From contig CAVWWD010000008.1 of assembly GCA_963758635.1 (NCBI GenBank), forward strand, positions 832,001-896,000: a stretch of 64,000 bases of DNA, written 5' to 3'. Every line of letters starts with the position of its first letter. Positions within the stretch are counted from its first letter, which is position 1. Origin of the DNA: an uncultured Candidatus Rokubacteria bacterium. GTDB lineage: Bacteria; Methylomirabilota; Methylomirabilia; Rokubacteriales; CSP1-6. Below the pieces are notes generated by a model. The model worked only from the letters and a program-made list of their open reading frames with translations, ran no database searches and had not been told where the DNA came from. A program made the translations under genes and the position numbers. Below, in pieces: positions 1 through 10,955 of this stretch.

Positions 1-67
1 CGTAGCGACCACGGCCGGTGAAGAGGCGGGGGTCCTCGGTCCGCCGGATCGCCGCGCCGAAGGCCAC
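1..67 (-). CDS. 5' end of a xanthine dehydrogenase/CoxL-family molybdopterin-binding subunit (runs off the window edge)
   Basis: Manual translation from GTG at 67: VAFGAAIRRTEDPRLFTGRGRY, matching the G..i.R.EDPR.LTG.GRY N-terminal signature. Not in the ORF track. Confidence 0.7.
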   Translation of the reverse strand, partial: MAFGAAIRRTEDPRLFTGRGRY

Positions 68-104
68 GAAGAGAGCTAGCGGGCGCGCCCGTCGCGGCGG
101 CCGA

Positions 105-1967
105 TCACGAGGCGGCGGCGTCCAGGTGGCGCGCGAGGAGCGCGCGCGTCATGCCCTCGACGGTGGGCGTGTCGAGCGCGGCGGCCACGTTGACCTCCAC
201 GCCGAGATCGTCGCCGAGTCGCCACGCGAGCTCGGTGGCGAGGAGCGAGTTCCCGCCGAGCTCGAGGAAGTCGTCGTGCACGCCGACCCGGTCGATCCCG
301 AGCACGGCGGCCCACGCCCGGGCCACCCGCTCCTCGAAGGGGTCGCGCGGGGCCACGAACGGCGTGTCGAGGACGGGTCGCACCGGCGGCGGCGCGGGCA
401 GGGCGAGGCGATCGACCTTGTCGTTGGCCAGGTGCGGGAGCGCCTCCATCCGCACGATGGTCGCGGGCAGCATCTCGCTCGCCATGGTGGCGGCCAGCGC
501 GCGCCGGATGGTCCCGTCGCCCGGGCCCGGCGGCTCCTGCGGCACGACGTAGGCCACCAGGGTAGACTCCCCGGCGGGATCCGTCCGCGCGATCACCGCG
601 GCCTCCCGGATGGACGGCAGCTCGAGCAGCGCGTTCTCCACCTCGACCGGCGCGATCAGCTTGCCGCGGATCTTCACCTGGAAGTCCTTCCGGCCCAGGT
701 GGACCAGACAGCCGTCGGCGCCCATCCGGCCGAGGTCGCCGGTCAGGTAGAGGCACTCGCCGGCGGCGCCCGGCACGTCGAGGAAGCGCGCCGCGGTGAG
801 GGCGGGCTGCCGCCAGTAGCCGCGGGCCATGTAGCGGCTCCGCACCGCGATCTCGCCGACCTCGCCGTCGGGCACGGGCCGCCGCTCGTCGTCGAGGACG
901 ACGACCTCCTTGTCCGGCGCGGGGTAGCCGACGGGCACTGCGTGGGTGGCGAGCCGCGTCTGCTTGTCGATGAAGCAATGGCGGATGACGTGCGCCTCGG
1001 CGCTCCCGAGCCCGTTGCGCAGGATGCAGCCGGACGCTAGGCGGCTCTGGTAGAGCTCGGCGTCGCTGCGGAGCATCTGGTCTCCGCCGAGCCGGACGAG
1101 GCGCAGCGCGGGGGCGAACTCGCCCTCGGGCAGATCGGCTCGCCCACGTCCGGAAGATGGCGGGAATCGAGCAGTAGCAGGTGATGCCTTCGTCGAGGAT
1201 CCAGCCGGGCAGCGCGGCGATGCCGTGAGACCCCACCGAGTACGGCAGGACCGCGGCGCCGTTCAGGAGCGCGGTGAAGACGTCGCTGGCCGCGGGGTTG
1301 GTCGTGACGGCGTTCAGGAGCGAGACCCGATCGTGGCACGAGTAGTAGGCGCTGTTCGTGTACGTCATCGTGTAGTGCAGCACCTCGCGGTGGTCGATCA
1401 TGACGCCCTTGGCCCCGCCCGTGGAGCCCGAGGTGAAGATGACGTAGGCGAGGGCGTCCGGCGGGATGGCGAGGCCGGGATCGCCGGCGCGCGCGGCCGC
1501 GCTCTCCGCCTCGGCATCGAGGACGGCGACGCCGTCGCCCGCGGCGGCGCGCGCCTGGGCCAGGCCGGCGCGGTCGGTGAGCAGCACACGCGCGTCCAGG
1601 TCGGCGATGAGATCGCGGAGCCGGGCGGCGGGCTGGCCGGGATCGAGCGGCGCGTAGAGCTTGCCCGCCTTCAGCACGCCCAGGAGCGACACGACGAAGG
1701 GGATGCCGAGCTCGAACAGCAGCGCCACGGGCGCGGCGCCGCGCCGAAGCGGTCGAGGAGCGCGTGCGCCACCTGGTTGGCGGCGGCGTCCAGCTCGGCG
1801 TAGCTCAGCGCGCGGCCGCCCGCCTTGACGGCGAGGCGGCCGGGATGCGCCCGCGCCATCTTCGCGAAGCGCGCGGGGATCGACTGCTCGACCTCGGCCG
1901 AGGCGAACGGCACGAAGCCCCGCGGAGCGGGGCCGGCGTCAGGTCGCGGGCCTTCGCGTGCGCTCAT
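105..1967 (-). CDS. Stand-alone NRPS-like adenylation + carrier (A-T) didomain protein; about 2 frameshifts
   Basis: Stitched from ORFs 1671..2006, 76..1728 and 105..1076. Motifs: LSYAEL, AYVIFTSGSTGGAKG, YLTGDLG, GRKDFQVKIRG, LPHLANDKVDR, and the carrier motif DDFLELGGNSL. Confidence 0.85.
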
Positions 1968-2029
1968 GACGCGGCGATGATGAGCCGGCGCGGAGCGCGG
2001 CGTCAAGTAACCTGCAACTCGCCGACGCT

Positions 2030-2065
2030 CGAAGCGCCCCGGCGCCAGCCGGCCGGGGCGCTTCG
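2030..2065. terminator. GC-rich hairpin just downstream of the GlcG-like gene
   Basis: CGAAGCGCCCCGGC-N8-GCCGGGGCGCTTCG, perfect 14-bp stem; no clear U-tract. Confidence 0.5.
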
Positions 2066-2071
2066 GACGGC

Positions 2072-2556
2072 TTACTTCATGTTGTCGATCCCGGCCTGGG
2101 CGATCTGGGCGTCTTGCTGGGACGTGACGCCGGAGACGCCCACCGCGCCGATGATCTTGCCGTCGGCCACGATCGGGATGCCGCCCTCGAGCACGCTGTA
2201 GCGGATCGTGAGGAGGCGCAGGTTGGCGCCGCCCTGCCGACAGCGTCCTGGAACACCTTCGTGGGCCGGCGCAGCGCGACGGCCGAGCGCGCCTTCTCCT
2301 TGGCGATATCGACGCTACCCCACTGGGCGTTGTCGAGGCGCTGGAGCATGACGAGCTGCCCGCCGGAGTCCAGGATGGCGATCACCACGGGCCAGTTGTT
2401 CTTCTTGGCCTCGGCCTCGGCGCCCGCCATGATCTTCTTCGCCTGCTCCAGGCCGATCGGGACTCCGTACGGCGGCGGCGCCTGCGCGCTGGCCGTGGCG
2501 GCGACGCAGAGCATCAGCGCGGCGAGGACGACGGTGAGCGGTCGGGTCATCTGCAT
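2072..2556 (-). CDS. GlcG/HbpS-family heme-binding protein with signal peptide; 1 frameshift near 2238
   Basis: VVIAILDSGG, RLDNAQWGSVDIAKEKARSA. The C-terminus in another frame reads LEGGIPIVADGKIIGAVGVSGVTSQQDAQIAQAGIDNMK*. Confidence 0.85.
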
Positions 2557-2584
2557 TGGCGTCTCCTTCTCGGGGGTGGAGGGT

Positions 2585-3364
2585 TCAGGACAGCATCCAG
2601 TGCCCGCCGTCCACGCTGATGGTCTGGCCGGTGATCCACGCCGCGTCGTCGGACGCGAAGAAGCGGACGGCGCGGGCGATGTCCTCCGGGGTGCCGAGGC
2701 GGCGCAGCGCGATGGACTCGACGAGGGCGCGCTGGCCGGCCTCGCCCATGGCGTGCCACTGGGCCTCGGAGGCGGGGTTCGAGCGGATGAACCCCGGGGC
2801 GATGCAGTTGACGCGGATGCCGTGCTGCCCCAGCTCGCGCGCGGTCTGGCGCGTGAAGCCGATCAGCCCGGCCTTGGCGCTGGCGTAGGCCTGGATGCCG
2901 GTCAGGCTGTAGGAGCGCCCGGCGCCCGACGAGATGTTCACGATCGCGCCGCCGCCCTGCCGCTTCATGGCCGGCGTGACCGCGCGCGTGAAGTGGAAGG
3001 CGCCGTCGAGGTTGATGGCGAAGATCACCCGCCAGTCCGCGTCCGAGACCTCCTCGACCGGGCGCATGGTCTGGCCGGCCACGCCGCCCGCGGTGTTGAC
3101 CAGCACGTCGATCCGCCCCGCCGACTCGAGCACGCCGGCGACGAACGCGGCCACCGCCGCCGCGTCACGCACGTCGACCACGCCGGCGCGGCACGACCCC
3201 GCGGCGACGGCGTCCACGGCGGCGCGCGTGGCGTCCAGCTCGGCGGCGCGCACGTCGCACGCCCACACGCCCGCGCCCTCGCGCGCGAGCTCGGCGGCGA
3301 TGCCCCGGCCGATGCCGTGGGCGGCGCCGGTCACGATGGCCACGCGCCCGGACAGCGAGGCCAT
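2585..3364 (-). CDS. SDR family NAD(P)-dependent oxidoreductase
   Basis: Starts MASLSGRVAIVTGAAHGIG; YASAK catalytic motif, NISS, ITGQTISVDGG. Confidence 0.92.
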   Translation of the reverse strand: MASLSGRVAIVTGAAHGIGRGIAAELAREGAGVWACDVRAAELDATRAAVDAVAAGSCRAGVVDVRDAAAVAAFVAGVLESAGRIDVLVNTAGGVAGQTMRPVEEVSDADWRVIFAINLDGAFHFTRAVTPAMKRQGGGAIVNISSGAGRSYSLTGIQAYASAKAGLIGFTRQTARELGQHGIRVNCIAPGFIRSNPASEAQWHAMGEAGQRALVESIALRRLGTPEDIARAVRFFASDDAAWITGQTISVDGGHWMLS

Positions 3365-3366
3365 CG

Positions 3367-4260
3367 CTACACCTGCCCGCGCAGGCGGGGATCCAGCGCG
3401 TCGCGCAGCCCGTCGCCCAGGAGGTTGAAGGCGAGCACGGAGACCATGATGGCGAGCCCCGGGATGGTGGCCACGTGCGGGGCGACCAGGAGCAGGTCGC
3501 GCCCCGTCGAGACCATCAGGCCCCACGACGGCGTGGGGGGCTGCACGCCGAGGCCCAGGAAGGACAGCGCGGCCTCCACGAGGATCGCGTTGGCCATGAA
3601 CAGGGTCGAGTACACGATCACCGTGGGCAGGATGTTGCGCAGCACGTGACGCATCAGCACCTCCCGCGTGGACGCGCCCAGGGCCCGGGCGGCGTGGACG
3701 TACTCGGTCTCGCGCGCGCCGAGCACGGCGCCGCGCACGATGCGGATGACGGCCGGCGTGCCCCAGATGCCGACGGCGATGGTGGTGTTCAGCACGCCCG
3801 TCCCCAGCGCGGAGACCACGGCGATGGCGAGCAGGAGGTAGGGGAACGCCAGGAGCACCTCCGTGGCTCGCATCACGATGGCGTCCACCCAGCCGCCCGC
3901 AAAGCCGGCGAGACAGCCGAGGGTGAGCCCCAGCAGCAGCGCGATGGCCACCGAGAGCAGGCCCACCACCAGCGCCACGCGGGTGCCGTAGATCACGCGG
4001 GAGAGGATGTCGCGGCCGAACTCGTCGGCGCCGAGGAGGAACTTGCCCCCGGGCCGCGTTCGCTTCTCGATGAGGCTCTGCTTCGCGGGGTCGGCGGGAG
4101 CCAGCCACGGGGCACCCGCCGCGGCGATCAGGAGCAGGCCGGCGATGACGAGGCCGACGAGGGCGAGGCGGTTGCCGCGGAAGCGCCGCCACGCGTCCGT
4201 CGCAAGAGTGGCGGAGGTCCCGGTCGCCGGCGCCGGGCGTGCCGCCGCGATCGCCATCAT
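3367..4260 (-). CDS. Peptide/nickel ABC transporter permease (DppC/OppC-like)
   Basis: LGADEFGRDILSRVIYG, EAA loop EYVHAARALGAS, LSFLGLGVQPPTPSWG, GDGLRDALDP. Confidence 0.92.
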   Translation of the reverse strand: MMAIAAARPAPATGTSATLATDAWRRFRGNRLALVGLVIAGLLLIAAAGAPWLAPADPAKQSLIEKRTRPGGKFLLGADEFGRDILSRVIYGTRVALVVGLLSVAIALLLGLTLGCLAGFAGGWVDAIVMRATEVLLAFPYLLLAIAVVSALGTGVLNTTIAVGIWGTPAVIRIVRGAVLGARETEYVHAARALGASTREVLMRHVLRNILPTVIVYSTLFMANAILVEAALSFLGLGVQPPTPSWGLMVSTGRDLLLVAPHVATIPGLAIMVSVLAFNLLGDGLRDALDPRLRGQV

Positions 4261-5180
4261 CCCTGCCGCGACACGCGAGGGTCCAGCGCCCCGTAGGCGA
4301 GGTCCACCGCGAGGTTGATCAGGACGAAGGCGAGGGCGAAGACGAGCACCGCGCCCTGCAGCAGGACGTAGTCGCGCGCGAAGATGGCCTTGACCATGAG
4401 GCGGCCCAGGCCCGGCCACGCGAACACCGTCTCCGTGAGCACGGCCCCGCCCATGAGCTGACCCGCCTGGAGCCCGAGCAGCGTCAGGATCGGGATCGCG
4501 GCGTTCCGGAGCGCGTGCTTGGCCACCACCAGCCGCTCGGCCACGCCCTTGGCGCGCGCCGTCCGCACGTAGTCCTCGCGCAGCACCTCGAGGACGCTCG
4601 AGCGCGTCATGCGCGCGAGCATGGCCACGGACGGGAGCGCGAGCGTCACGGCGGGCAGGACCAGGTGCGCGGGCGTGCCCACGCCGCCCACGGGCAGCCA
4701 GGGGAGCCACAGCGCGAAGACCACGATCAGCACGAGCCCCGTCCAGAACACGGGCATGGACAGGCCGAACAGCGAGGCGAGCCGGGCGATCCCGTCGAAG
4801 AACGAGTTCGGCCACACCGCCGACACCACCCCCGCGGTCACGCCGCCCAGGGCGGCGATCGCGAGCGCGGCGATGGTGAGCTGGAGCGTGGCCGGCCACG
4901 CATCGGCCAGCTCGTCGACCACGGGACGGTTCTGCTGGATCGAGCGCCCGAGGTCGCCCTTGACGAGGCGGCCCACGTACTCCACGTAGCGGATGGGCAG
5001 GGGCTTGTCGAGGCCCAGGTGGTCCCGCAGGCGGGCCACGGCGTCCTTGGTGGCGTGCTCGCCGAGCATGAGGGCCACGGCGTCGCCCGGGATCAGCTCC
5101 ACGGTGAGCATCACCACGAAGACGACGCCGAGCAGCACGGGCACGGCGAGCAGCAGCCGGCGCAGGACGAAGGTCAGCAT
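4257..5180 (-). CDS. Peptide/nickel ABC transporter permease (DppB/OppB-like)
   Basis: GDLGRS, DYVRTARAKG, HALRNA, ETVFAWPGLG; ATGA overlap with the next permease. Confidence 0.93.
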   Translation of the reverse strand: MLTFVLRRLLLAVPVLLGVVFVVMLTVELIPGDAVALMLGEHATKDAVARLRDHLGLDKPLPIRYVEYVGRLVKGDLGRSIQQNRPVVDELADAWPATLQLTIAALAIAALGGVTAGVVSAVWPNSFFDGIARLASLFGLSMPVFWTGLVLIVVFALWLPWLPVGGVGTPAHLVLPAVTLALPSVAMLARMTRSSVLEVLREDYVRTARAKGVAERLVVAKHALRNAAIPILTLLGLQAGQLMGGAVLTETVFAWPGLGRLMVKAIFARDYVLLQGAVLVFALAFVLINLAVDLAYGALDPRVSRQG

Positions 5181-5273
5181 CGATGCGCGGCGCCGGCGCG
5201 CGCGGGCCGCCCGATGGCCGGCCCGCGGGTCACGGCCATCGGGCGCGCCGCCCCGGCGTGGCGCCCGGGGGCG

Positions 5274-6863
5274 CTACTTGTCCAGCCAGGTCTTCCCCAG
5301 CCAGAGGTTGTACTCGACGGGGTGGACGGCGAAGCCCTTCACGGCGGCGCGGGAGGCGATGATCTCCTTGGTGGTGTAGACGGGGATCCACACCATCTCC
5401 TTGGCGATGATGTCCTGGGCCTCGGCGTAGAGCTTCTCCCGCTCGGACTGGTTCAGGCTGCGGCGCGCCTGCTCGACCAGGGTGTCGATCTTCGGGTTCA
5501 CGTAGCGCGACGTGTTCCAGCCCGTGGGCGGCGCCTGCTTGGAGTGGAACAGCGCGTACATGGAATAGTCGGCGTCGGCGTTCGACGTCACCCAGCCGAG
5601 CGTGAAGAGGTTGTGGGCGAGGGTGGCCGCGCGCACCTGCTGGAACACCGCGGCCCACTCGAGGAACTGCACCTTGGCCTCGATGCCGACCTCCTTGAGC
5701 ATGGCCTGCACGGCCTCGGTGATCTCGCCGTCCTTCGGGTAGCGGCCGCGCGCGGCGAGCCACGACAGGGTGAGCCGCTGGCCGCCCTTCTGCATGATCC
5801 CGTCCGGGCCCGGCGCCCATCCCGCCTGGGTGAGGAGGGCCTTGGCCTTGGCGCGGTCGAACGGGTACAGGCGGTCCAGGTTCATGTCCTTGAAGCCGAA
5901 GACGCCGGGCGCGAGCACGCCGCGCGCGGGCGCGGCCGAGCCCTCCATGATGTTCTCGAGGATGGTCTTCCGGTCCACGGCGTGGAGCATGGCGCTCCGG
6001 ACGCGCACGTCGTCGAGCGGCGGCTGGCCGGCGTGCATGCCGATGAACACCACGCGGATGCCGCCCACCTCGTGCACGGTGAACTTCGAGTCCTTCCGGA
6101 GCGTGGGGAGCTGGGTGGGGGCGGGGAACAGCACCATGTCGGCGTCGCCGGTCTGGAGCGCGATCATGCGCGCCCCTTCCTCCGGCACCACCTTGAACAC
6201 CACGCGGTCGAGGAGCGCCTTGTCGCCCCAGTAGTCCGGGTTCCGCTCGATGATCACGTGGGTGTTGGTCTTCCACTCCACGAACTTGAACGGGCCGGTG
6301 CCCACCGGCGCGCGGCTGAACGCGTCGCCCATCTTCTGCACCGCGGTGGGCGACACGATGCCCACGCAGTACATGGCGAGCGTGCGCAGGATCGGCCCGT
6401 ACGGGTCCTTGGTGAGGACGTCCACGGTGAGGTCGTCGACGACCTCGGCCCCGCTCAGCGAGCCGGCGAGGCTCGCCCAGCGCGCCGGAGGCGTGCCCTT
6501 GAGCGCCCGGTCGAACGTGAACTTCACCGCGGCGGCGTTGAACGGGGTGCCGTCGTGGAACTTCACGTTGGGCCGGAGCTTGAAGCGGACCTTGGTGGGC
6601 GACATGACCTCCCACGACGTGGCGAGCGAGGGCTTCACCTGCATCTTGTCGTCGAGGGTCAGGAGCCCCTCGAGCATGTTGAAGTACACCCACGCCCCCG
6701 GCGCCGTGGTCTCGAGGTTCGGATCGAGCGACACGGGATCGGTGGGCCGGACGATGGTGAGCGTGCCCCCCCGCTTCTGGGCGAGCGCGGTGTCCACGGA
6801 GCCGAGCCCCACCGTGACGACGGCGGCCACGGCGAGCAGTGCGCGAAGGACGAAGCGGGTCAT
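5274..6863 (-). CDS. ABC transporter substrate-binding protein, family 5
   Basis: Signal peptide MTRFVLRALL after GGAGG; LRPNVKFHDGTPF, PVGTGPFKF, DVRVRSAM; ends WLDK*. Confidence 0.93.
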   Translation of the reverse strand: MTRFVLRALLAVAAVVTVGLGSVDTALAQKRGGTLTIVRPTDPVSLDPNLETTAPGAWVYFNMLEGLLTLDDKMQVKPSLATSWEVMSPTKVRFKLRPNVKFHDGTPFNAAAVKFTFDRALKGTPPARWASLAGSLSGAEVVDDLTVDVLTKDPYGPILRTLAMYCVGIVSPTAVQKMGDAFSRAPVGTGPFKFVEWKTNTHVIIERNPDYWGDKALLDRVVFKVVPEEGARMIALQTGDADMVLFPAPTQLPTLRKDSKFTVHEVGGIRVVFIGMHAGQPPLDDVRVRSAMLHAVDRKTILENIMEGSAAPARGVLAPGVFGFKDMNLDRLYPFDRAKAKALLTQAGWAPGPDGIMQKGGQRLTLSWLAARGRYPKDGEITEAVQAMLKEVGIEAKVQFLEWAAVFQQVRAATLAHNLFTLGWVTSNADADYSMYALFHSKQAPPTGWNTSRYVNPKIDTLVEQARRSLNQSEREKLYAEAQDIIAKEMVWIPVYTTKEIIASRAAVKGFAVHPVEYNLWLGKTWLDK

Positions 6864-7029
6864 GGAGTGCCTCCTGTGGCGTGGCGGGGCGCGGCGGTCA
6901 ACCGTGGTCGTCGTGCTCGGGTTGCGTAGACGGTGATGGGCATCGCGTCCCCGGAGTATCACAGGGCCTCCGGACCCGTCAACGGCGGCGGCGCGAGCGC
7001 GGGGTGGCGCCCTCCGCGCCAGGATTCGG

Positions 7030-7059
7030 TTGACAGCCACCGACCGCGGTGCCTACCAT
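7030..7059 (+). promoter_or_regulatory. sigma70-type promoter of the sugar ABC operon
   Basis: TTGACA-N18-TACCAT upstream of the ATG at 7113. Confidence 0.55.
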
Positions 7060-7112
7060 CCGGCGTCGATGTTCGCCTCTTGCCTCTCATCCCCGACACC
7101 CGGAGGAAGGTC

Positions 7113-8391
7113 ATGAGCACTCGACGAGATTTCCTTACCGTGACCCTCGCCGGCATGGCCGGCACCGCGCTCGGCCGTCTCGCGCGGCCGCGGCGCCCAA
7201 GTCGATGAGCGTGGTGCACGAGAGCTCGTTCATCAAGGCGTTCGACGACTTCTTCGTGCAGAAGCTCGCCCCGGAGTACGAGAAGCAGACCGGTATCAAG
7301 ATCAACTACGAGCCGGTCAGCGTGGGCAGCATGCTCACCCGGCTCACCACGATCGCCGAGACGAAGTCGGGGCCGGAGATCACGGCCACCGGCCTCAACT
7401 GGCCGCACCTCTTCGACAAGAGCCTCGTCGACGTCACCGACATCGCGACGAGAGGTGGGCAAGAAGCTCGGCGGCTGGCACGACAACATCCACGACGCCG
7501 TCGTCGTCAACAAGAAGTGGAAGGCCCTGCCGTGGGGCAACATCGGCCAGCTCGAGGTGTACCGCACGGACTGGTTCAAGGAGGCCGGCGTCAACAAGTT
7601 CCCGGACAACTGGGAGGACCTCCTCTCGGCCGGGCGCCTCCTGAAGAAGAAAGGCCATCCGTTCGGGTTCGAGCTGGGGCACGGCTTCGGCGACAACCAC
7701 GGCTGGCTCTACCCGCTGCTCTGGTCCTACGGCGGGCGCGAGGTGGACAAGGACGGCAAGACGGTGCTGATCGACTCCTCGGAGACCGCGGCTGCCGTCG
7801 ACTTCTGTCGCCGCTTCTACAAGGAGACCATGTTCGAGGACGTTCCTGGGCTGGACGGACGTGAACAACAACAAGGCGTACCTCGGCGAGCAGATCTCCT
7901 GCACCAACAACGCCATGTCCATCCTGATCGTCGCCAAGCGGGACTTCCCGGAGATCGCCAAGGTCACCGATCACGGCCTCAACCCGCAAGGGCCCGAAGG
8001 GCCGCTTCCACGTCTACAACGCTCAGTCGCACGCGCTCCTGACCGACGCCCCGGACCAGGCGGCGGCGAAGGCGTTCCTGCGCTGGCTCTACGACGACAA
8101 GCAGCTGTCCGCGTGGCTCGTGTCCGGCGACGCGTACTACGCCCCGTACCTGCACGGATACGACAACCACGCGATGTGGAACGATGGATCCGCGCTACGC
8201 GCCGTACAAGGAATGCCTCAAGACCTCACGGCTGCACGGCTGGCCGGGACCTCCGGGACAACCAGGCGTCGGAGAGCGTGGCCAAGTACGTGCTCGTGGA
8301 CATGTTCGCGAAGGCGTGCCAGGGCACATCCACGAAAGAGGTCATCGCCACCGCCGCCGCCCAGCTCAAGCAGATCTACAAGACGAGGTAG
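7113..8391 (+). CDS. Carbohydrate ABC transporter substrate-binding protein with Tat signal; several frameshifts
   Basis: MSTRRDFL Tat motif; fragments YEKQTGIKINYEP, YRTDWFKEAG, NNNKAYLGEQIS and VLVDMFAKA lie in different frames. Confidence 0.8.
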
Positions 8392-8395
8392 GCCG

Positions 8396-9339
8396 ATGGC
8401 CGTCGGCCCCGCGTCGATCGCCCGGCCCGCACCCGCCGCGGGCCGGGCGGGCTCGCTGCGGGGAATGTGGTCGAGCGCGAGGGCGTCTTCAGCTGGCTCA
8501 TGCTGGCGCCCGGCGTCCTCTTTCTCCTCGCGTTCGTCGCGTACCCGTTCTTCTACGGTATCTACCTGAGCCTGCAGCACCGGCCGGTGGCCCAGCCCGG
8601 CGTGTTCGTGGGGCTGGCCAACTTCGTCTCGCTCTTGCACGAGAGCGGTGTTCTGGCAGGTCACGCGGAACACCCTCCTCTACGTCTCCGTCACGACGGT
8701 GCTCAAGCTCCTCGGCGGGACTCGCGATGGCCTTGATCGTGAACCAGAGCTTCCGGGGGCGCGGCATCGTGCGGGCGTTCCTGCTCCTGCCGATTCATCG
8801 TGCCCACCGTGCTACAGCACCATCGCGTGGATGTGGATCTTCGACCCCACGTTCAGCGTGCTGAACTGGGTGCTGGTGAACACGGGGGCGGTGAGCACGG
8901 GCTTCTCGTGGCTCGGCAACGCCACCCTCGCCATGGTGTCGATCATCGTGGTGAACACCTGGCGCGGCATCGCCGTTCTACGGCATCACCCTGCTTGCCG
9001 GGCTCCAGACCATCTCGCCCGATCTCTACGAGGCGGCGGCCATCGACGGGGCGAGCATCGCCCAGCGCTTCTGGTTCGTCGACGCTGCCGATCCTCAAGC
9101 CGATCCTGATCATCGTGACCATGTTCTCGGTGATCTTCACCTTCGCGGACTTCCAGATCGTCTACGCGCTGACCCATGGCGGGCCGGCCAACGCCACCCA
9201 GGTCCTCGTGACCTACGCGTTCGACCTCGGCATGTCCGGTGGCCAGCTCGGGATGGGCGCGGCGGCGGCGCTGGCCATGCTGCCCGCCCTCGTGCTCGTG
9301 ATCATCGGGCTCACGCTCTACCTGCGGCGGGACGGATGA
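8396..9339 (+). CDS. Carbohydrate ABC transporter permease (MalF-like); several frameshifts
   Basis: FVGLANF, WMWIFDP, LYEAAAIDGA, TFADFQIVYALTHGGP across frames. Confidence 0.8.
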
Positions 9340-9355
9340 TGCGGGGCCGGGCCTG

Positions 9356-10204
9356 ATGGTCGGCGCGCGCGGGTTCGCCGGCCGCGTCCTCCGGCTCTAC
9401 CTGCCGCTCCTGGTGTGCCTGGTGGTGACGCTCTTTCCGTTCTACTGGATGCTCGTCACGTCGATCAAGCCGAACCGCGAGCTGTACAACGCCCGCGTGA
9501 TGCCGCTCATCGTCCACCAGCCGACGCTGAAGCACTACTACGACCTGCTCTCGAGAGACGAACTTCCTCACGTGGACGTACAACACGATGCTGGTGGCCG
9601 TGGTCACCACCGCGATCTCGCTCGTGCTGGGCACGATGATGGCGTACCCGCTGGCCCGCATGCGCTTCCCGGGGGCCGGCGGTGGTGGCCATCGGGGTGG
9701 CCGCCACCTACCTCGTGCCGCAACCACTGCTCTTCATCCCCATGGCCGACATCATCAACAAGCTGGAGCTGGGCAACACGCTGACCGCGGTCATGCTCAC
9801 GTACCCCACGCTGTTGATCCCGTTCTGCGCGTGGCTGCTCATGGGCTACTTCAAGAGCGTGCCGCGGGAGCTGGAGGAGGCGGCGCGGATCGACGGGGCG
9901 AGCCGGTTTCAGGCCATGATCCGCGTGGTGCTGCCCCTCTGCACGCCCGGGCTCCTGTCCGCGGGGATCTTCGCCTTCACGCTGGCGCAGAACGAGTTCC
10001 TCTACGCTTTGATCTTCCTGGCCAAGAGCGAGGTGCGGACGGTGCCGGTGGGCGCCATCACCGAGCTGATCCGCGGCGACGTGTTCTACTGGGGCCAGCT
10101 CATGGCCGCCGCGCTCCTCGGCTCGGTGCCCTGTGGCCATCATCTACTCGTTCTTCGTGGACTACTACGTGGCCGGCCTCACCGCGGGCTCGGTCAAGAG
10201 CTGA
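9356..10204 (+). CDS. Carbohydrate ABC transporter permease (MalG-like); several frameshifts
   Basis: PFYWMLVTSIK, ELEEAARIDGAS, NEFLYAL, YYVAGLTAGSVKS*. Confidence 0.82.
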
Positions 10205-10950
10205 GCAGCGCCGCCCTCCGCCCTCGCGGGGTCTGCGGCGGCCAGCCGCTCGTCGTAGAAGTCGGCCAGCCCGGTGAGCAGCGGCGCCGCCGCGCCCGAG
10301 AACGACGATCCGTGCATCACGGCGAGCGCGCGCGGCGCGAGGGCGGCGAGCCGGCGGATGGTCGCTCCGGTGGCCGGCGTGAGGGCGGTGTAGCCGAACG
10401 CCTTTTCCGCCTCGATGGCCGGGCCCACGATGTCGCCCGTGGCGAGGGCGGGCGGGTCGCCCGCGTGGGTGAAGAGGTCGCTCGTGAACAGCGTGCCGGT
10501 GGTCTCCTCGTGGAGCAGCCCCGCGTCCCAGCAGTGCGGCACGTGGGGCGTGTCCAGCCGCCGCACGCGGCGGCCGCCGAGGTCCAGCACCTCGCCGTCG
10601 GCGAGCGCGCGCGGCGGCCGCGGCGCCTGGTCGTTCAGCCAGATCGCGCACCCGATCTGCCCGTGGGTCACGGTGGCGGCGGGCGCGGCGGCCAGCCACT
10701 CTCCGAGCGCGCCGCACTCGTCGGCCTCGATGTGGCTGAAGGCGATCCAGCGCAGGCGCGCGGGGTCCATCACGCGGGTCAGGGCCCGGGAGACCGCGGG
10801 GAAGAGCGAGCGCTGGCCGCAGTGGAACAGCAGCGGCTCCTCGGCGTCGATCAGGAACTGGTTGAACGTCAGCCCGCGCGGGCCCACCGCGGGCAGGAAC
10901 GTGGACAGGCGGTAGATCCGCTCGCCGATCTCGTCGACCTTCGTTTCCAT
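10165..10950 (-). CDS. MBL-fold metallo-hydrolase (FprA/ODP-like)
   Basis: FNQFLID, SHIEADECG, TPHVPHCWD, LFTSDLF, MHG. Confidence 0.8.
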   Translation of the reverse strand: METKVDEIGERIYRLSTFLPAVGPRGLTFNQFLIDAEEPLLFHCGQRSLFPAVSRALTRVMDPARLRWIAFSHIEADECGALGEWLAAAPAATVTHGQIGCAIWLNDQAPRPPRALADGEVLDLGGRRVRRLDTPHVPHCWDAGLLHEETTGTLFTSDLFTHAGDPPALATGDIVGPAIEAEKAFGYTALTPATGATIRRLAALAPRALAVMHGSSFSGAAAPLLTGLADFYDERLAAADPARAEGGAAQLLTEPAVRPAT

Positions 10951-10955
10951 TGATC

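Noticed and set aside
105..3364. Full NRPS biosynthetic gene cluster
   Set aside because: Only one A-T protein is present, with no condensation, thioesterase, PPTase or further modules in the window.
7113..10204. Programmed frameshifting or phase variation in the split genes
   Set aside because: Indels are numerous, scattered across unrelated genes and lack consistent slippery sites; sequencing error is simpler.
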